Shown: positions 46,649 through 56,896, counted from the first letter of the stretch. The stretch: 64,000 nucleotides of DNA from Candidatus Hydrogenedentota bacterium (GCA_036769985.1 DAIPKA010000004.1:161096-225095); one strand, 5' to 3'. Made by a program: numbers and translations. The notes: a model not told the origin generated them from the letters alone.

Positions 46649-47950
46649 TCACACAGCCACCCGGCAAGCGAGTTGCGAAACCACCGCCTTCGACTTGGGT
46701 TTCGGTTTCGGCTTTGATGCCGGTTGCTTGAAGAGGTTGTTGATCTGGCGTTGGGCCTGCCGGGCCTCGGTGGATCCCGGCGCGTCATCGATAATGGCCT
46801 GGTAGGTCCCGAGCGCTGCCTGTACATCGCCGCCTTGACGATAAAGCTGGGCCAGTTGCAGGCGCGTGGCCAGGTTGTTCGGCTGCAAGTCCATGGCCGC
46901 GACCAACTCGCCTTGCGCTTCGGCAATCCGCTGTTCCTGTTGATACGCGCTGGCAAGCTGCCGGCGCGCCGTGGCACTGTCCGGGGCCATGCCGACCACC
47001 GCCTCATACTCTGCCACTGCGGCCCCCCCATTGCCAACGCTCGCGTAGAACTTGCCGAGCGCGCGATGCGCGTCGATCGAGTCCGGAACCTGAGCCACCC
47101 ACGCCGCGAGGACAGCCCCCTGCTGATCGCGCATGTTCAGGCGCTCGTACAGCGCGGCCGTGCGCGGATACGTTGTCAGGTTGCCCTGAGTCATCGCCGC
47201 GAACTGGTCGATCTGCGCGGTGGCATCCTGATCCAGACCCAGACTCTCCAGCAGGGAAGCCTGCTGATAGTACGGCGTCGGATCCTTGGGTATCTCGGCC
47301 ATCCAATCGCGATAGAGCTCACGCTCGGCTTCGCTCAGGCCAAGGGTGTGGTAGACGCGCGCGAGGCTTCGATAGGCATCCCGGTTGCCCGGATCCTTCT
47401 CGATGCTCGCCGTCAGCAGTTCGATAGCCTGCGCGTATTGGCCCTCCACCACCGCATTCTTGGCTGTCTTGATCATCCCGGAAACCTCTTCCTTGAGTGC
47501 CTTATCCTCCTTGTCTTCTTCGTCCTTCTCTTTCCCCTCCCGATCCTTCCTGTCTGGCTTCTTCTCTCGATCCTTCTTCGGTTCCGCAGCCGACCCCACC
47601 GAACCGTTCTCCGACTCGAACGATGACTCGAACAGATCGTCCACGAAGTACTCATCATCGTCTACGTCAGAGAGACCGACGGCACCATCGCCATTCTCGT
47701 CCGATGCGGCCTCATCGGCATTCGCGGGAACCGCACCTCGGTTCCGTGAGGCCGGCGTCAGTTCAGTGTCCCACGCCGTGGGATCATAGCCGAGGACATC
47801 CGCCCTGGGATGCGTGGCCAGTGCGGTCTTGATCGTCTCCACCGACGGCAACGAGCGGTAACGCGACGTGACCTCATGCAGCCGGTAGGTCTGGACCGCC
47901 GTCAAGATCGCCATCGCCGCGGCGATGGGAACGAGCATTCTGGATATCAT
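46649..47950 (-). CDS. TPR-repeat protein with an N-terminal TM anchor and an acidic/lysine-rich linker.
   Basis: TM segment MISRMLVPIAAAMAILTAV. A KKDREKKPDRKDREGKEKDEEDKEDK low-complexity stretch. Multiple TPR-like helices. A GGGAGA RBS. Confidence 0.8.
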   Translation of the reverse strand: MISRMLVPIAAAMAILTAVQTYRLHEVTSRYRSLPSVETIKTALATHPRADVLGYDPTAWDTELTPASRNRGAVPANADEAASDENGDGAVGLSDVDDDEYFVDDLFESSFESENGSVGSAAEPKKDREKKPDRKDREGKEKDEEDKEDKALKEEVSGMIKTAKNAVVEGQYAQAIELLTASIEKDPGNRDAYRSLARVYHTLGLSEAERELYRDWMAEIPKDPTPYYQQASLLESLGLDQDATAQIDQFAAMTQGNLTTYPRTAALYERLNMRDQQGAVLAAWVAQVPDSIDAHRALGKFYASVGNGGAAVAEYEAVVGMAPDSATARRQLASAYQQEQRIAEAQGELVAAMDLQPNNLATRLQLAQLYRQGGDVQAALGTYQAIIDDAPGSTEARQAQRQINNLFKQPASKPKPKPKSKAVVSQLACRVAV

Positions 47951-48159
47951 GATGCATCTCCCAAACCAACGCCTGCCGGGCACGTGCGCCATAGCGACAC
48001 CGAGGTACCGCGCGCCCAAGGAAGGGCTTGCCCAGCCCGGCGCCGACATTCTAGCCCAACCGGATGGCCATTCGGTAGATTCCGCTTGATCCGTCAAGGC
48101 TTCGGTGGTCTAATACCGGTGGGTATCCATTCCGAAACGTGCACAGAAGGAGGACTGTC

Positions 48160-49710
48160 ATGCGCTCTCAACGGAAATGCTCGCTGCACATCGTTGCCAT
48201 CGTCGTTCTGGCATCGGCGTTCAGCGCCGCGGCGGAACTCACCGTTCCAAGTATCATCGGCGACCACATGGTGTTGCAGCAAGGCAAGCGGCTGCCCATC
48301 TGGGGCAAGGCCGACCCCGGTCAGGCGGTCGTCGTGGCCATCGCCGGAAAGGAGGCCAAAGCCGTGGCCGACGATCAAGGCCGCTGGCAGGTCAAGTTGC
48401 CCAAACTCCCATTCGGCGATCCGCTCGAGATGACCATCTCGGCCGGCGACACCTCGTTGACCTTCTCGGACATTCTGGTCGGCGAAGTCTGGATCGGTTC
48501 CGGCCAGTCCAACATGCAGTGGACGGTCCAAGACAGCAACAACGCGGCAGAGGAGATCGCCGCTGCGGCCCATCCCAACCTTCGCCTCTTCTATGTCGAG
48601 CGTACCGTCGCGACGGAACCGCAAGAGAACTGTAACGGCGCGTGGACGGCCTGCACGCCGGAAACGATCCCCGGTTTCTCGGCCGCGCTCTATTACTTCG
48701 GCCGCGATCTGCACAAGGAACTCGGCGTACCCGTCGGGTTGATCCACAGTTCGTGGGGCGGAACACCGGTCGAATCATGGACCAGTCACGCCGCACTCAA
48801 CGCCGAACCCATGGCCAAACCGATTCTCGACCGGTGGCAGGAAACCCTCAGGAACTACCCCGCCGCCGCCGAGGCGTACCAGAAACAAATGGAGGAATGG
48901 AAAGCGGCCGCGGAAAAAGCCAAGGCCGAAGGCAAGGAGGCCCCCGGTCAGCCGGGCGCGCCCACAGGCCCCGGACACCCATGGACCCCATCCGGCCTGT
49001 ACAACGCCATGATCGCACCGCTGGTACCGTATGCCGTTCAAGGCGCGATTTGGTACCAGGGCGAATCCAACGCCGGCCGCGCCTTCCAGTACCGGACGAT
49101 CTTCCCACTCATGATTGAAGATTGGCGCAACGCCTGGAACGACTCGATCTCGTTCTACTTCGTCCAGCTCGCCAATTTCTATGACCGTGACGCCGAGCCC
49201 GTCGAGTCGGAATGGGCCGAACTCCGCGAGGCCCAAACCATGACCCTCGACCTGCCCAAGACCGGCATGGCCGTCATTATCGACATCGGCGAAGCGAAGA
49301 ATATCCATCCCAAGAATAAGCAGGACGTGGGCAAGCGCCTCGCCCTCAACGCGCTCGCCAAGGATTACCACAAGAGCATCCCGTTCTCCGGCCCCATGTA
49401 CGATCGCATGCGCAAGAAGAGCGGCAATATCATCCTGAGTTTCGACCATACGGACGGCGGCTTGAAGGCCATGGGCGGCGAACCGCTCAAAGGCTTCGCT
49501 ATCGCCGGCGCGGACCGAAAATTCGTGTGGGCCAACGCCAAGATCGACGGCAACAAAGTCGTCGTCTCCTCGGACCAGGTTGCGGATCCGATGGCCGTGC
49601 GTTACGCCTGGGCCAACAATCCGGAGTGCAACCTCTACAACGGGGTCGGCCTGCCGGCATCCCCTTTCCGAACGGATGATTGGACGGGCCTCACCATCAA
49701 CGCACGCTAG
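48160..49710 (+). CDS. Sialate-O-acetylesterase-like (SGNH/DUF303) carbohydrate esterase, secreted.
   Basis: Signal peptide. GEVWIGSGQSNMQW is the catalytic Ser block of the SIAE family. An AAGGAGGA RBS. Confidence 0.8.
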   Translation: MRSQRKCSLHIVAIVVLASAFSAAAELTVPSIIGDHMVLQQGKRLPIWGKADPGQAVVVAIAGKEAKAVADDQGRWQVKLPKLPFGDPLEMTISAGDTSLTFSDILVGEVWIGSGQSNMQWTVQDSNNAAEEIAAAAHPNLRLFYVERTVATEPQENCNGAWTACTPETIPGFSAALYYFGRDLHKELGVPVGLIHSSWGGTPVESWTSHAALNAEPMAKPILDRWQETLRNYPAAAEAYQKQMEEWKAAAEKAKAEGKEAPGQPGAPTGPGHPWTPSGLYNAMIAPLVPYAVQGAIWYQGESNAGRAFQYRTIFPLMIEDWRNAWNDSISFYFVQLANFYDRDAEPVESEWAELREAQTMTLDLPKTGMAVIIDIGEAKNIHPKNKQDVGKRLALNALAKDYHKSIPFSGPMYDRMRKKSGNIILSFDHTDGGLKAMGGEPLKGFAIAGADRKFVWANAKIDGNKVVVSSDQVADPMAVRYAWANNPECNLYNGVGLPASPFRTDDWTGLTINAR

Positions 49711-49747
49711 CGGACGGATCCCGTCGGCCAGATACAAGGAGACTGCC

Positions 49748-51637
49748 ATGGATCAGCAAGCGCTGACTGCCGATAGGGCGCGGCGCGCCGCGGCCATTGC
49801 GCAGGCAGGCGGTATCGAAGAGGCCCTCGCGTCCGGCGCCCTTCCCCGCCGCGCGGACATGACCCTGTCCGAGGCTCTCGTACTCGGACTCGTGCGCCAA
49901 GGCGTCCGCGCGTTCGTCGGCATCTTCGGCCACGGCTCGACGGAGGTCGGCGAAGTACTGCGCGTCTACGAAGCGGCCGGCCTCGTCAAGACCTACAACG
50001 TCCGCCACGAAACCGAGGCGACGCACGCCGCGTCGGCGCTGCGCTGGGCCACGGGCGAGAAGGCCGCCGTATTCACGTCCATCGGCCCCGGCGCCCTTCA
50101 CGCCCTCGCGGGATCGCTCATGTGCGCGAGCGACGGCCTCGGCGTCTGGTTCCTCCTCGGCGACGAGACCACCGAGGATGAAGGGCCGAACATGCAGCAG
50201 ATCCCGAGGGCTGAACAAGAACTCTTCCTGCGCCTCTTCGGCGCGATGGGCTCGGCCTACACGCTGCACACCCCCGGCGCGCTCAGCACCGCGCTTCGTC
50301 GCGGCCTGAACACCGTGGATCATCCCTTCCGCGCCGGCCCGTTCTTCCTCCTCATGCCGATGAATACGCAGCCGGCCATGATTCCACAGTTCAACCTCGA
50401 CGAGTTGCCTTCGGAATCGCCGCCGCGTCTCGGCGCGGCCGCCGATGATGGCGCGTATGCCAAGGCCGCCGAGGCCATCCTCGACGCCGAGCGCGTCGTC
50501 GTCAAAGTAGGCGGCGGGGCGCGCGGCGCCGGCGCCGAACTGCCCGACTTTCTCGAGTGGGCCGACGCCGTCGCCGTCACGAGCCCTCTGGTTTCGGGCG
50601 TGATACCCTTCGATCATCCCAGGAACATGACCGTCGGCGGCTCCAAGGGCTCGCTCAGCGGCAACTACGCCATGGACGAGGCCGACCTCGTCGTAGCGCT
50701 CGGCTCGCGGTTCGTCTGCCAGTCGGACTGCTCGCGCACGGCCTATCTCAAGGCCCAGCGCGTCGTCAACATCAACGGATGCATCGACTCGGGCATGCAC
50801 TACCGCAAGACCATCTCGCTCATCGGCGACGTGCCGCTCACCCTCGCCAAGCTCAACGACGTGTTGCGCGAGATGCGCGGCGACGATACCGCCAAGGACT
50901 CGCCGTGGTTCCTCGCCTGCCGCGACAAGCGCCGCGCCTGGGACGCCTTCCGCGCCGAACGCTACGCCACGCCAACGTTGCACGATGAGGCCTGGGGCCG
51001 CGACGTCCTGACGCAGCCCGCCGCCATCAAGGCCGCCGCCGACTGGGCGCGCGCGAACGACGCCGTGTCCTTCTTCGATGCCGGCGACGTCCAGGCCAAC
51101 GGGTTTCAGATCGTCGAGGACGACCGCCTCGGCCGCACCTTCACCGACACCGGCGCAAGCTACATGGGGTTTGCCGCATCGGCCCTGCTCGCCACCGCCA
51201 TCGCCTCGAAGCCATTCTACGGACTCGCCTTCAGCGGCGACGGCTCATTCGCCATGAATCCGCAGATCCTCCTCGATGGCGCCCAGCACGGCGCGCACGG
51301 CTGCATCTTGCTTTTTGACAACCGGCGCATGGGCGCCATCTCGGGATTGCAGGACGCGCAGTTCGGCGCCATCTACGCCACCTCGGACAGCGTCCAAGTG
51401 GACTACGCCGCCTGGGCCAACGCCATCAAAGGCGTTCAAGGCCTCCACGGCGGCTATTCCGTCGCCTCGCTCGTCGACGCCCTGAATCGCGCGAAGGCCC
51501 ACGACGGACTTTCGCTCATTCACATTCCCGTGTATTGGGGGCTGGATCCCCTCGGCGGCATGGGTGTATTCGGCCGCTGGAACGTCGGCAACTGGTGCAC
51601 GGACACGCAGGCGCTACGCCACGAACTCGGTCTCTGA
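49748..51637 (+). CDS. Thiamine-pyrophosphate-dependent enzyme (acetolactate synthase / 2-keto-acid decarboxylase superfamily).
   Basis: The TPP_enzyme_N, central and C-terminal TPP-binding regions are all present. An AAGGAGA RBS. It has an N-terminal extension of about 36 aa relative to the typical family start. Confidence 0.85.
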   Translation: MDQQALTADRARRAAAIAQAGGIEEALASGALPRRADMTLSEALVLGLVRQGVRAFVGIFGHGSTEVGEVLRVYEAAGLVKTYNVRHETEATHAASALRWATGEKAAVFTSIGPGALHALAGSLMCASDGLGVWFLLGDETTEDEGPNMQQIPRAEQELFLRLFGAMGSAYTLHTPGALSTALRRGLNTVDHPFRAGPFFLLMPMNTQPAMIPQFNLDELPSESPPRLGAAADDGAYAKAAEAILDAERVVVKVGGGARGAGAELPDFLEWADAVAVTSPLVSGVIPFDHPRNMTVGGSKGSLSGNYAMDEADLVVALGSRFVCQSDCSRTAYLKAQRVVNINGCIDSGMHYRKTISLIGDVPLTLAKLNDVLREMRGDDTAKDSPWFLACRDKRRAWDAFRAERYATPTLHDEAWGRDVLTQPAAIKAAADWARANDAVSFFDAGDVQANGFQIVEDDRLGRTFTDTGASYMGFAASALLATAIASKPFYGLAFSGDGSFAMNPQILLDGAQHGAHGCILLFDNRRMGAISGLQDAQFGAIYATSDSVQVDYAAWANAIKGVQGLHGGYSVASLVDALNRAKAHDGLSLIHIPVYWGLDPLGGMGVFGRWNVGNWCTDTQALRHELGL

Positions 51638-51684
51638 CGCGCATTCACCGTAGAAACAGCCCATACGAAGGAGAAGTAGTCGAC

Positions 51685-53121
51685 ATGCCGATCCCGAACC
51701 AGATGTACATCGACGGGCAATGGCTGAACGCCTCGGACGGCGGCACCATCGAGGTGGTGAATCCGGCCACGGAAGAGGTCGTCGATGCCGTGCCGAAAGC
51801 CACGGCCGAAGACCTCGATCGCGCCCTCGACGCCGCCGACCGCGCCTGGAAGTCCTGGCGCGAGGTCGATGCGTGGACGCGGAGCGCCGCCGTGCGCCGC
51901 GTGGCCGAGTGGATCCGCGATCACGTCGACGCCATGGCGGACGTCCTTACTGAAGAACAGGGCAAGACGCTCGGCGAAAGCGCCGGCGAGATTCGCGCCG
52001 GTGCGGATCAGTTTGACTGGTACGCCGACGAAGCGCGGCGCCTCTACGGCCGCGTTATCGACGCCCATGCGCGCGACCACCGACTCCTCGTGATCCGCCA
52101 GCCCATCGGACCTGTGGCCGCCTTCGCGCCCTGGAACTTCCCCGTGCTCCTAACCGCCCGCAAGATGGCCCCCGCCATCGCCACGGGATGCTCGGTCATC
52201 GTCAAGCCCGGTGTCGAAGTCCCTCGATCCGCCCTGTTCCTCGCCCAAGCCTGCCACGAGGCCGGCATTCCGGCCGGCGTCGTCAACATGGTGACCGGCA
52301 ACTCGAGTGCCATCAGCGAGCACCTCCTCGCCTCCGACGTGATCCGCAAAGTCTCCCTCACCGGCTCGGTGCCCGTCGGCCAGCGGATCCTCCACCTCTG
52401 CGCCGACCGCATCAAGGCCGTCTCCATGGAACTCGGCGGCCATTCGCCGGTGTTGGTCTTCGAGGATACCGACGTCGACAAGGCGGCCGAGACGTGCGCG
52501 CGCGGCAAGTTCCGCAACAACGGCCAAGTCTGCATCGCCGCCAGCCGCTTCTTCGTCCAGGAGTCCGTGGCCGAGCGCTTCATCGACCGATTTGTAACCG
52601 TCGCCCGCTCCATGAAACTCGGCAACGGCAAGGATCCGAAGACCGATGTCGGCCCCCTTGGCAATCGGCGGCGCCTCGAGGCCACCGAGCACCTGGTGCA
52701 GGATGCCGTAAGCAAAGGGGCCACCGTCCGCTGCGGCGGCAAGCGCCCCGAGGGATTCCGCAAAGGCTTCTTCTTCGAGCCAACGGTCCTCACCGAGGTC
52801 AACGCCTCCATGGCCATCATGACCGAGGAGCCCTTCTGTCCGGTAGCGCCTATTGCCACGTTCACAGACCTCGACGACGGCCTCACCAAGGCCAATGCCA
52901 CCGAGTTCGGTCTCGCCGGTTACGTGTTCACCGACAACATGCGCACGGCATTCCTCGCGTCCGAAGGCATCGAGGCCGGCATGATCGGCGTGAACACACT
53001 GCTCCTCGCCACCGCCGAGATACCTTTCGGCGGCGTCAAGCACTCGGGATTCGGTCGTGAGGGCGGTTCAGAAGGCATTGAGTCGTACACCATCACCAAG
53101 CACGTGAACATCCAGCTATAG
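51685..53121 (+). CDS. NAD(P)-dependent aldehyde dehydrogenase.
   Basis: The catalytic Cys context GQVCIAASR, the Glu in ELGGHSP, and FAPWNFP are present. A GAAGGAGAAG RBS. Confidence 0.92.
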   Translation: MPIPNQMYIDGQWLNASDGGTIEVVNPATEEVVDAVPKATAEDLDRALDAADRAWKSWREVDAWTRSAAVRRVAEWIRDHVDAMADVLTEEQGKTLGESAGEIRAGADQFDWYADEARRLYGRVIDAHARDHRLLVIRQPIGPVAAFAPWNFPVLLTARKMAPAIATGCSVIVKPGVEVPRSALFLAQACHEAGIPAGVVNMVTGNSSAISEHLLASDVIRKVSLTGSVPVGQRILHLCADRIKAVSMELGGHSPVLVFEDTDVDKAAETCARGKFRNNGQVCIAASRFFVQESVAERFIDRFVTVARSMKLGNGKDPKTDVGPLGNRRRLEATEHLVQDAVSKGATVRCGGKRPEGFRKGFFFEPTVLTEVNASMAIMTEEPFCPVAPIATFTDLDDGLTKANATEFGLAGYVFTDNMRTAFLASEGIEAGMIGVNTLLLATAEIPFGGVKHSGFGREGGSEGIESYTITKHVNIQL

Positions 53122-53134
53122 GACGGCCCGGATC

Positions 53135-54820
53135 ATGACGGACAACGGAGCCACCGGCATCAACCGGAACCTGACCAGCTACGGCGACCTCGAATTCAGC
53201 AAGTACATGCGGCGCGCCTTCCTGGCGTCCGCGGGCTATGATCGCGAGGACCTCGCGCGCCCCATCATCGGCATCGTCGACACCTCCTCGGACTACAACA
53301 CGTGCCATCGCCAGATGCCTGAAATGGTCCAGGCGGTCAAGCGCGGCGTCCTCGAGGCGGGCGGCCTTCCCTTCGCATTTCCCACGATCTCGCTGCACGA
53401 GATCAACACGTCGCCCACCACGATGCTGTTCCGCAATCTCGAGGCGATGGACACCGAGGAGATGATCCGCGCCCAGCCCATGGACGCCGTCGTCCTCTGT
53501 GGCGGATGCGACAAGACCGTTCCGGCCCAAGTCATGGGCGCGGTCTCGGCCGACGTGCCGGTCCTCTACGCCATCGCCGGCCCGATGATCACCGGCCGAT
53601 GGCGCGGCGAACGGCTCGGCGCCTGCACTGACTGCCGTCGGTTCTGGGCTCGCCACCGCGCCGGCGAGCTCTCCGACGCCGAAATCCGCGAGGTCGAGGA
53701 GTCGCTCTGCTTCACAGGCGGCACGTGCATGGTCATGGGCACCGCATCGACGCTGGCCTGTCTCGTCGAGGTCCTGGGCCTCATGCTGCCGGGCGGTGCA
53801 ACAGCCCCGCACGCCTCGGGCGACCGCCTGCGCCATTGCGTCGCCACGGGACGCCACGCCGTCGCCATGGCACGCGCGAACCGGCGCCCAAGCACCATCC
53901 TGACGCGCGCATCCTTCAACAATGCCCTCATCGCGCTCACGGCCCTCGGCGGTTCCACCAACGCCATCGTCCACCTATTGGCCATCGCCCGTCGCGCCGG
54001 CATCGCGCTGTCGCTCGACGACTTTGACGCGGTCGCGCGCCGCGTGCCGCTCTTGGTGGACTGCAAACCGGCCGGCGTCGGCTATCAGGAAGACCTACAC
54101 CATGCCGGCGGCGTGCCGACACTTATGAAGGCTCTCGAGACCATCATCGACGGATCGGCCTTGACCCCCACCGGTCGGACTTGGGCCGAGGTACTCGAGA
54201 ATGTCGCCCCGCCCGGCGCGTGGCAAACCACCATCCGCACGCTCGATGCGCCCCTCGGCCCGACTGGCGCGTTGGCCGTATTGCACGGCTCGCTCGCGCC
54301 CGACGGTGCGGTCATGAAGGTGGCGGCCGCAACGAAGACCCTCTTGCGCCATCGCGGCCCGGCGGTGGTCTTCGAGTCGCCCGAAGACACGGCCCGCATC
54401 GACGATCCCGCCCTCGGCATCACGCCCGACCATGTCATGATCCTGCGCAACGCCGGGCCCGTGGGCGCCGGAATGCCGGAAGCCGGTTCCCTGCCAATCC
54501 CGAAGTACCTCGCCGCCAAGGGCGTCAAGGATATGGTGCGCGTGTCCGATGCGCGAATGAGCGGCACCGCCTACGGAACCGTCGTATTGCACTGCTCGCC
54601 CGAAGCCGCCATCGGCGGCCCGCTCGCCCTCGTCCGCAACGGCGACCTCATCGACCTCGACGTCGAAAGCCGCCGCGTCGACCTGCTCGTGGATGAAGCC
54701 GAACTGGAGAAGCGCCGCGACGCGTGGACGCCCCCGCCCAAGCCGGCTCGCGGCTGGCGGCGCCTCTACGCGGACCGCGTGCTCCAGGCAAACCTCGGCG
54801 CGGATCTCGATTTCCTGTAG
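53135..54820 (+). CDS. IlvD/EDD-family dehydratase (sugar-acid / dihydroxy-acid dehydratase).
   Basis: The CDKTVP Fe-S ligand motif, the GGCDK context and an IlvD/EDD C-terminal domain are present. It starts 14 nt after the ALDH stop. Confidence 0.92.
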   Translation: MTDNGATGINRNLTSYGDLEFSKYMRRAFLASAGYDREDLARPIIGIVDTSSDYNTCHRQMPEMVQAVKRGVLEAGGLPFAFPTISLHEINTSPTTMLFRNLEAMDTEEMIRAQPMDAVVLCGGCDKTVPAQVMGAVSADVPVLYAIAGPMITGRWRGERLGACTDCRRFWARHRAGELSDAEIREVEESLCFTGGTCMVMGTASTLACLVEVLGLMLPGGATAPHASGDRLRHCVATGRHAVAMARANRRPSTILTRASFNNALIALTALGGSTNAIVHLLAIARRAGIALSLDDFDAVARRVPLLVDCKPAGVGYQEDLHHAGGVPTLMKALETIIDGSALTPTGRTWAEVLENVAPPGAWQTTIRTLDAPLGPTGALAVLHGSLAPDGAVMKVAAATKTLLRHRGPAVVFESPEDTARIDDPALGITPDHVMILRNAGPVGAGMPEAGSLPIPKYLAAKGVKDMVRVSDARMSGTAYGTVVLHCSPEAAIGGPLALVRNGDLIDLDVESRRVDLLVDEAELEKRRDAWTPPPKPARGWRRLYADRVLQANLGADLDFL

Positions 54821-54996
54821 GCTCGGCACGCGAAGACAAGGACCACAAGGACGACCGGACTGCCTCGAAAAAGCCGGTCATCGACAGTCAACGCCTCCCT
54901 GCGCTCAAACCACGGACGAAATGGACACGATGGACACGAATGCGTGCCATCCGGTGCCCGTCCATCGAGTCCATACCGTCCATAGCCGGACGGCTC

Positions 54997-55458
54997 TCAG
55001 CGGCGGTAGGTACCGATCAGTTCGGCCTCGCCGAGAACATGCCCCTTCATAGCTGCCAGCACATCCTTCTTGGTTGCGCCGGGTGCCAACGCAAGCATTG
55101 CATCCAAGGCATACAGCTTGAAGACGTAGCGGTGCACCGGACCGCGAGGCGGCGCGGGCCCGCCATAGCCCACCTTGCGGAAATCGTTGACGCCTTGCCG
55201 GGTGCCATCCTCGAGCTGCCGGCTCGTCGGCACGGCCTCCGGCAACGCCCGCGCATCGGCGGGTATGTTGAACATGACCCAGTGGATCCACGTGCGCGCC
55301 GGCGCGTCCGGATCGTCGTTCACCAGCGCGAACGACCGGGTGCCTTCCGGCACGTCCGACCACTCGAGTCTCGGCGAGATGTCGGCGCCATCAGCCGTGT
55401 GCATCCTCGGAATCGGCGCACCATGATCGAACATGGGACTGGTCAATCGCAGCGCCAT
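54997..55458 (-). CDS. YbhB/YbcL-family PEBP (Raf kinase inhibitor-like) protein.
   Basis: DPDAP...HWV..NIP...GY.GP.PP..HRY is the PEBP signature. Confidence 0.88.
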   Translation of the reverse strand: MALRLTSPMFDHGAPIPRMHTADGADISPRLEWSDVPEGTRSFALVNDDPDAPARTWIHWVMFNIPADARALPEAVPTSRQLEDGTRQGVNDFRKVGYGGPAPPRGPVHRYVFKLYALDAMLALAPGATKKDVLAAMKGHVLGEAELIGTYRR

Positions 55459-55461
55459 GAC

Positions 55462-55779
55462 CTAATCTCCTTCTTCGATGGGCGGCTCCGGAGGCTGATC
55501 CCGCAAGGCCCGGATCGCCTCGAGTCCGGCCCAGTAGGCAGCGAGTTGTTCGCGTCCGTCCTGCGTGAGCCGATAGTCGGTATGGGGAATCTTGCCGTTG
55601 AAACTCTTCCGCACCTCGATGTAGCCGGCTTTCTCAAGGCGATCCATGTGCGACGAGAGATTGCCTTTCGTCAGACCCAGCGTCGTGCACAGGAACGCAA
55701 AATCAGCCACATCGAGGCCCGACAGGATCGTCAGGATTCGCAATCGCGCCGGCTCATGTATGATACGGTCGAGTTCCAT
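55462..55779 (-). CDS. Winged-helix transcriptional regulator (PadR-like).
   Basis: ARLRILTIL...LGLTKGNLSSHMDRLEKAGYIEVRK...YRLTQDGREQL. The TGATG stop/start overlap with the upstream membrane-protein gene indicates translational coupling. Confidence 0.65.
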   Translation of the reverse strand: MELDRIIHEPARLRILTILSGLDVADFAFLCTTLGLTKGNLSSHMDRLEKAGYIEVRKSFNGKIPHTDYRLTQDGREQLAAYWAGLEAIRALRDQPPEPPIEEGD

Positions 55780-56546
55780 CAGCTCTGGTCTTCGCTTTCG
55801 GCCTCGGCCGTCTCCACAAGCCCTTGACGCACAAGCGCTTTGAGCCGATGCAGGGCATAACGACTGAAGAGGTGGCCCACCAGGATCGCCACCAAGCCGT
55901 AGCCGAACACCGGCACGATCATGTTGAGTATCTCGAGATTCACATCCGTGAACCGGATAGGTACCCCCAGGAGGATCAGCACGGCGTGCAGGCCGTAAAG
56001 CACCGGCCAGATGAACGCCCAGAAGCCCAGCCGCTGCGTGATCGTCATCGCGATGAAGAACGGCACCATATACAACGCCGAAAAGGGTTGCGTGTACTGG
56101 AAGGGAAGATACCGCCCCGCGATCAGCAGCACGCCCAGCAGGTGATACGCCGCCAGGCCAATACCGGCCGCGTACACCCACGACGACGCCTTGATGCTTT
56201 CCCCGCTGCCGCCGAGATAGGCCGCGTATCCTTCCTCGCCGTAAATCCACTGGCTAATCCGGTAGATCCGGTCGCCACCCCATTTCGGCACTATGAACCA
56301 CGCCATCGCCACGATCATGCCGACGATCCCGGCCGCACAGAGCAGAATCCAAAGAACATTCTCGCTTCGGTACGCGCGAAGCGTCAAGAACACGACCGCC
56401 GCGATGAATACCCCCAACATCACAATGCAGATCCATTGGATCAGAAACGGAATCGTGCGATTCTTCGCGTAACGGCCGGCCCATTTCGCAATCTCGCGCG
56501 GATCGGCGAACGCATCGCTGGATCGATTAGGGACTTTGGCCGCCAT
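55779..56546 (-). CDS. Polytopic membrane protein (hypothetical) co-transcribed with the PadR-like regulator.
   Basis: About 7 hydrophobic helices. A GGAGG RBS. Confidence 0.65.
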   Translation of the reverse strand: MAAKVPNRSSDAFADPREIAKWAGRYAKNRTIPFLIQWICIVMLGVFIAAVVFLTLRAYRSENVLWILLCAAGIVGMIVAMAWFIVPKWGGDRIYRISQWIYGEEGYAAYLGGSGESIKASSWVYAAGIGLAAYHLLGVLLIAGRYLPFQYTQPFSALYMVPFFIAMTITQRLGFWAFIWPVLYGLHAVLILLGVPIRFTDVNLEILNMIVPVFGYGLVAILVGHLFSRYALHRLKALVRQGLVETAEAESEDQS

Positions 56547-56611
56547 AGTGGACCTCCATCAATCGGACTCAGGCCAGTGTGTCGCAGTGTTGCAAATGAT
56601 GTCAAGCAGCC

Positions 56612-56896
56612 TCACGGCTCGCCGGCCGCCGGCACCGGCGCGTAGAAGAGCGCCTCGTGATCCGAAAGCTGGCCTTGCTCGATCATCCGCCGGATGCCAC
56701 TGAGGTCCGCATCACGAGGCGTGCCCGCACTCCCCGGAGCCGCCGAGGTCTCCTCGACCACACGGACGAAATGCCCACGCGCGTGATCCACCGACAGCGA
56801 GGCAAAGACCACCGCGCAAAGGATTACCATGAACACGAAGGCCCGCTCATGGGCGCCCCACTCATGCGTCTTCACGGCGATCCTCCTTCGCGCCAC
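56612..56896 (-). CDS. Small single-TM protein (GTG start) immediately downstream of the giant fusion gene.
   Basis: One TM segment (FVFMVILCAVVFASLSV). It overlaps the upstream gene's 3' end by about 35 nt. An AGGAGG-like sequence precedes the GTG. Confidence 0.35.
   Translation of the reverse strand: MARRRIAVKTHEWGAHERAFVFMVILCAVVFASLSVDHARGHFVRVVEETSAAPGSAGTPRDADLSGIRRMIEQGQLSDHEALFYAPVPAAGEP

Noticed and set aside
46642-47037. N-terminal 132 aa of track ORF 45394-47037.
   Set aside because: R/P-rich nonsense that overlaps the upstream TPR gene. The real start, with a GAGGAG RBS and signal peptide, is at 46641.
49580-49747. Upstream extension of the TPP-enzyme ORF.
   Set aside because: No RBS and low-complexity translation. 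A strong AAGGAGA RBS precedes the ATG at 49748.
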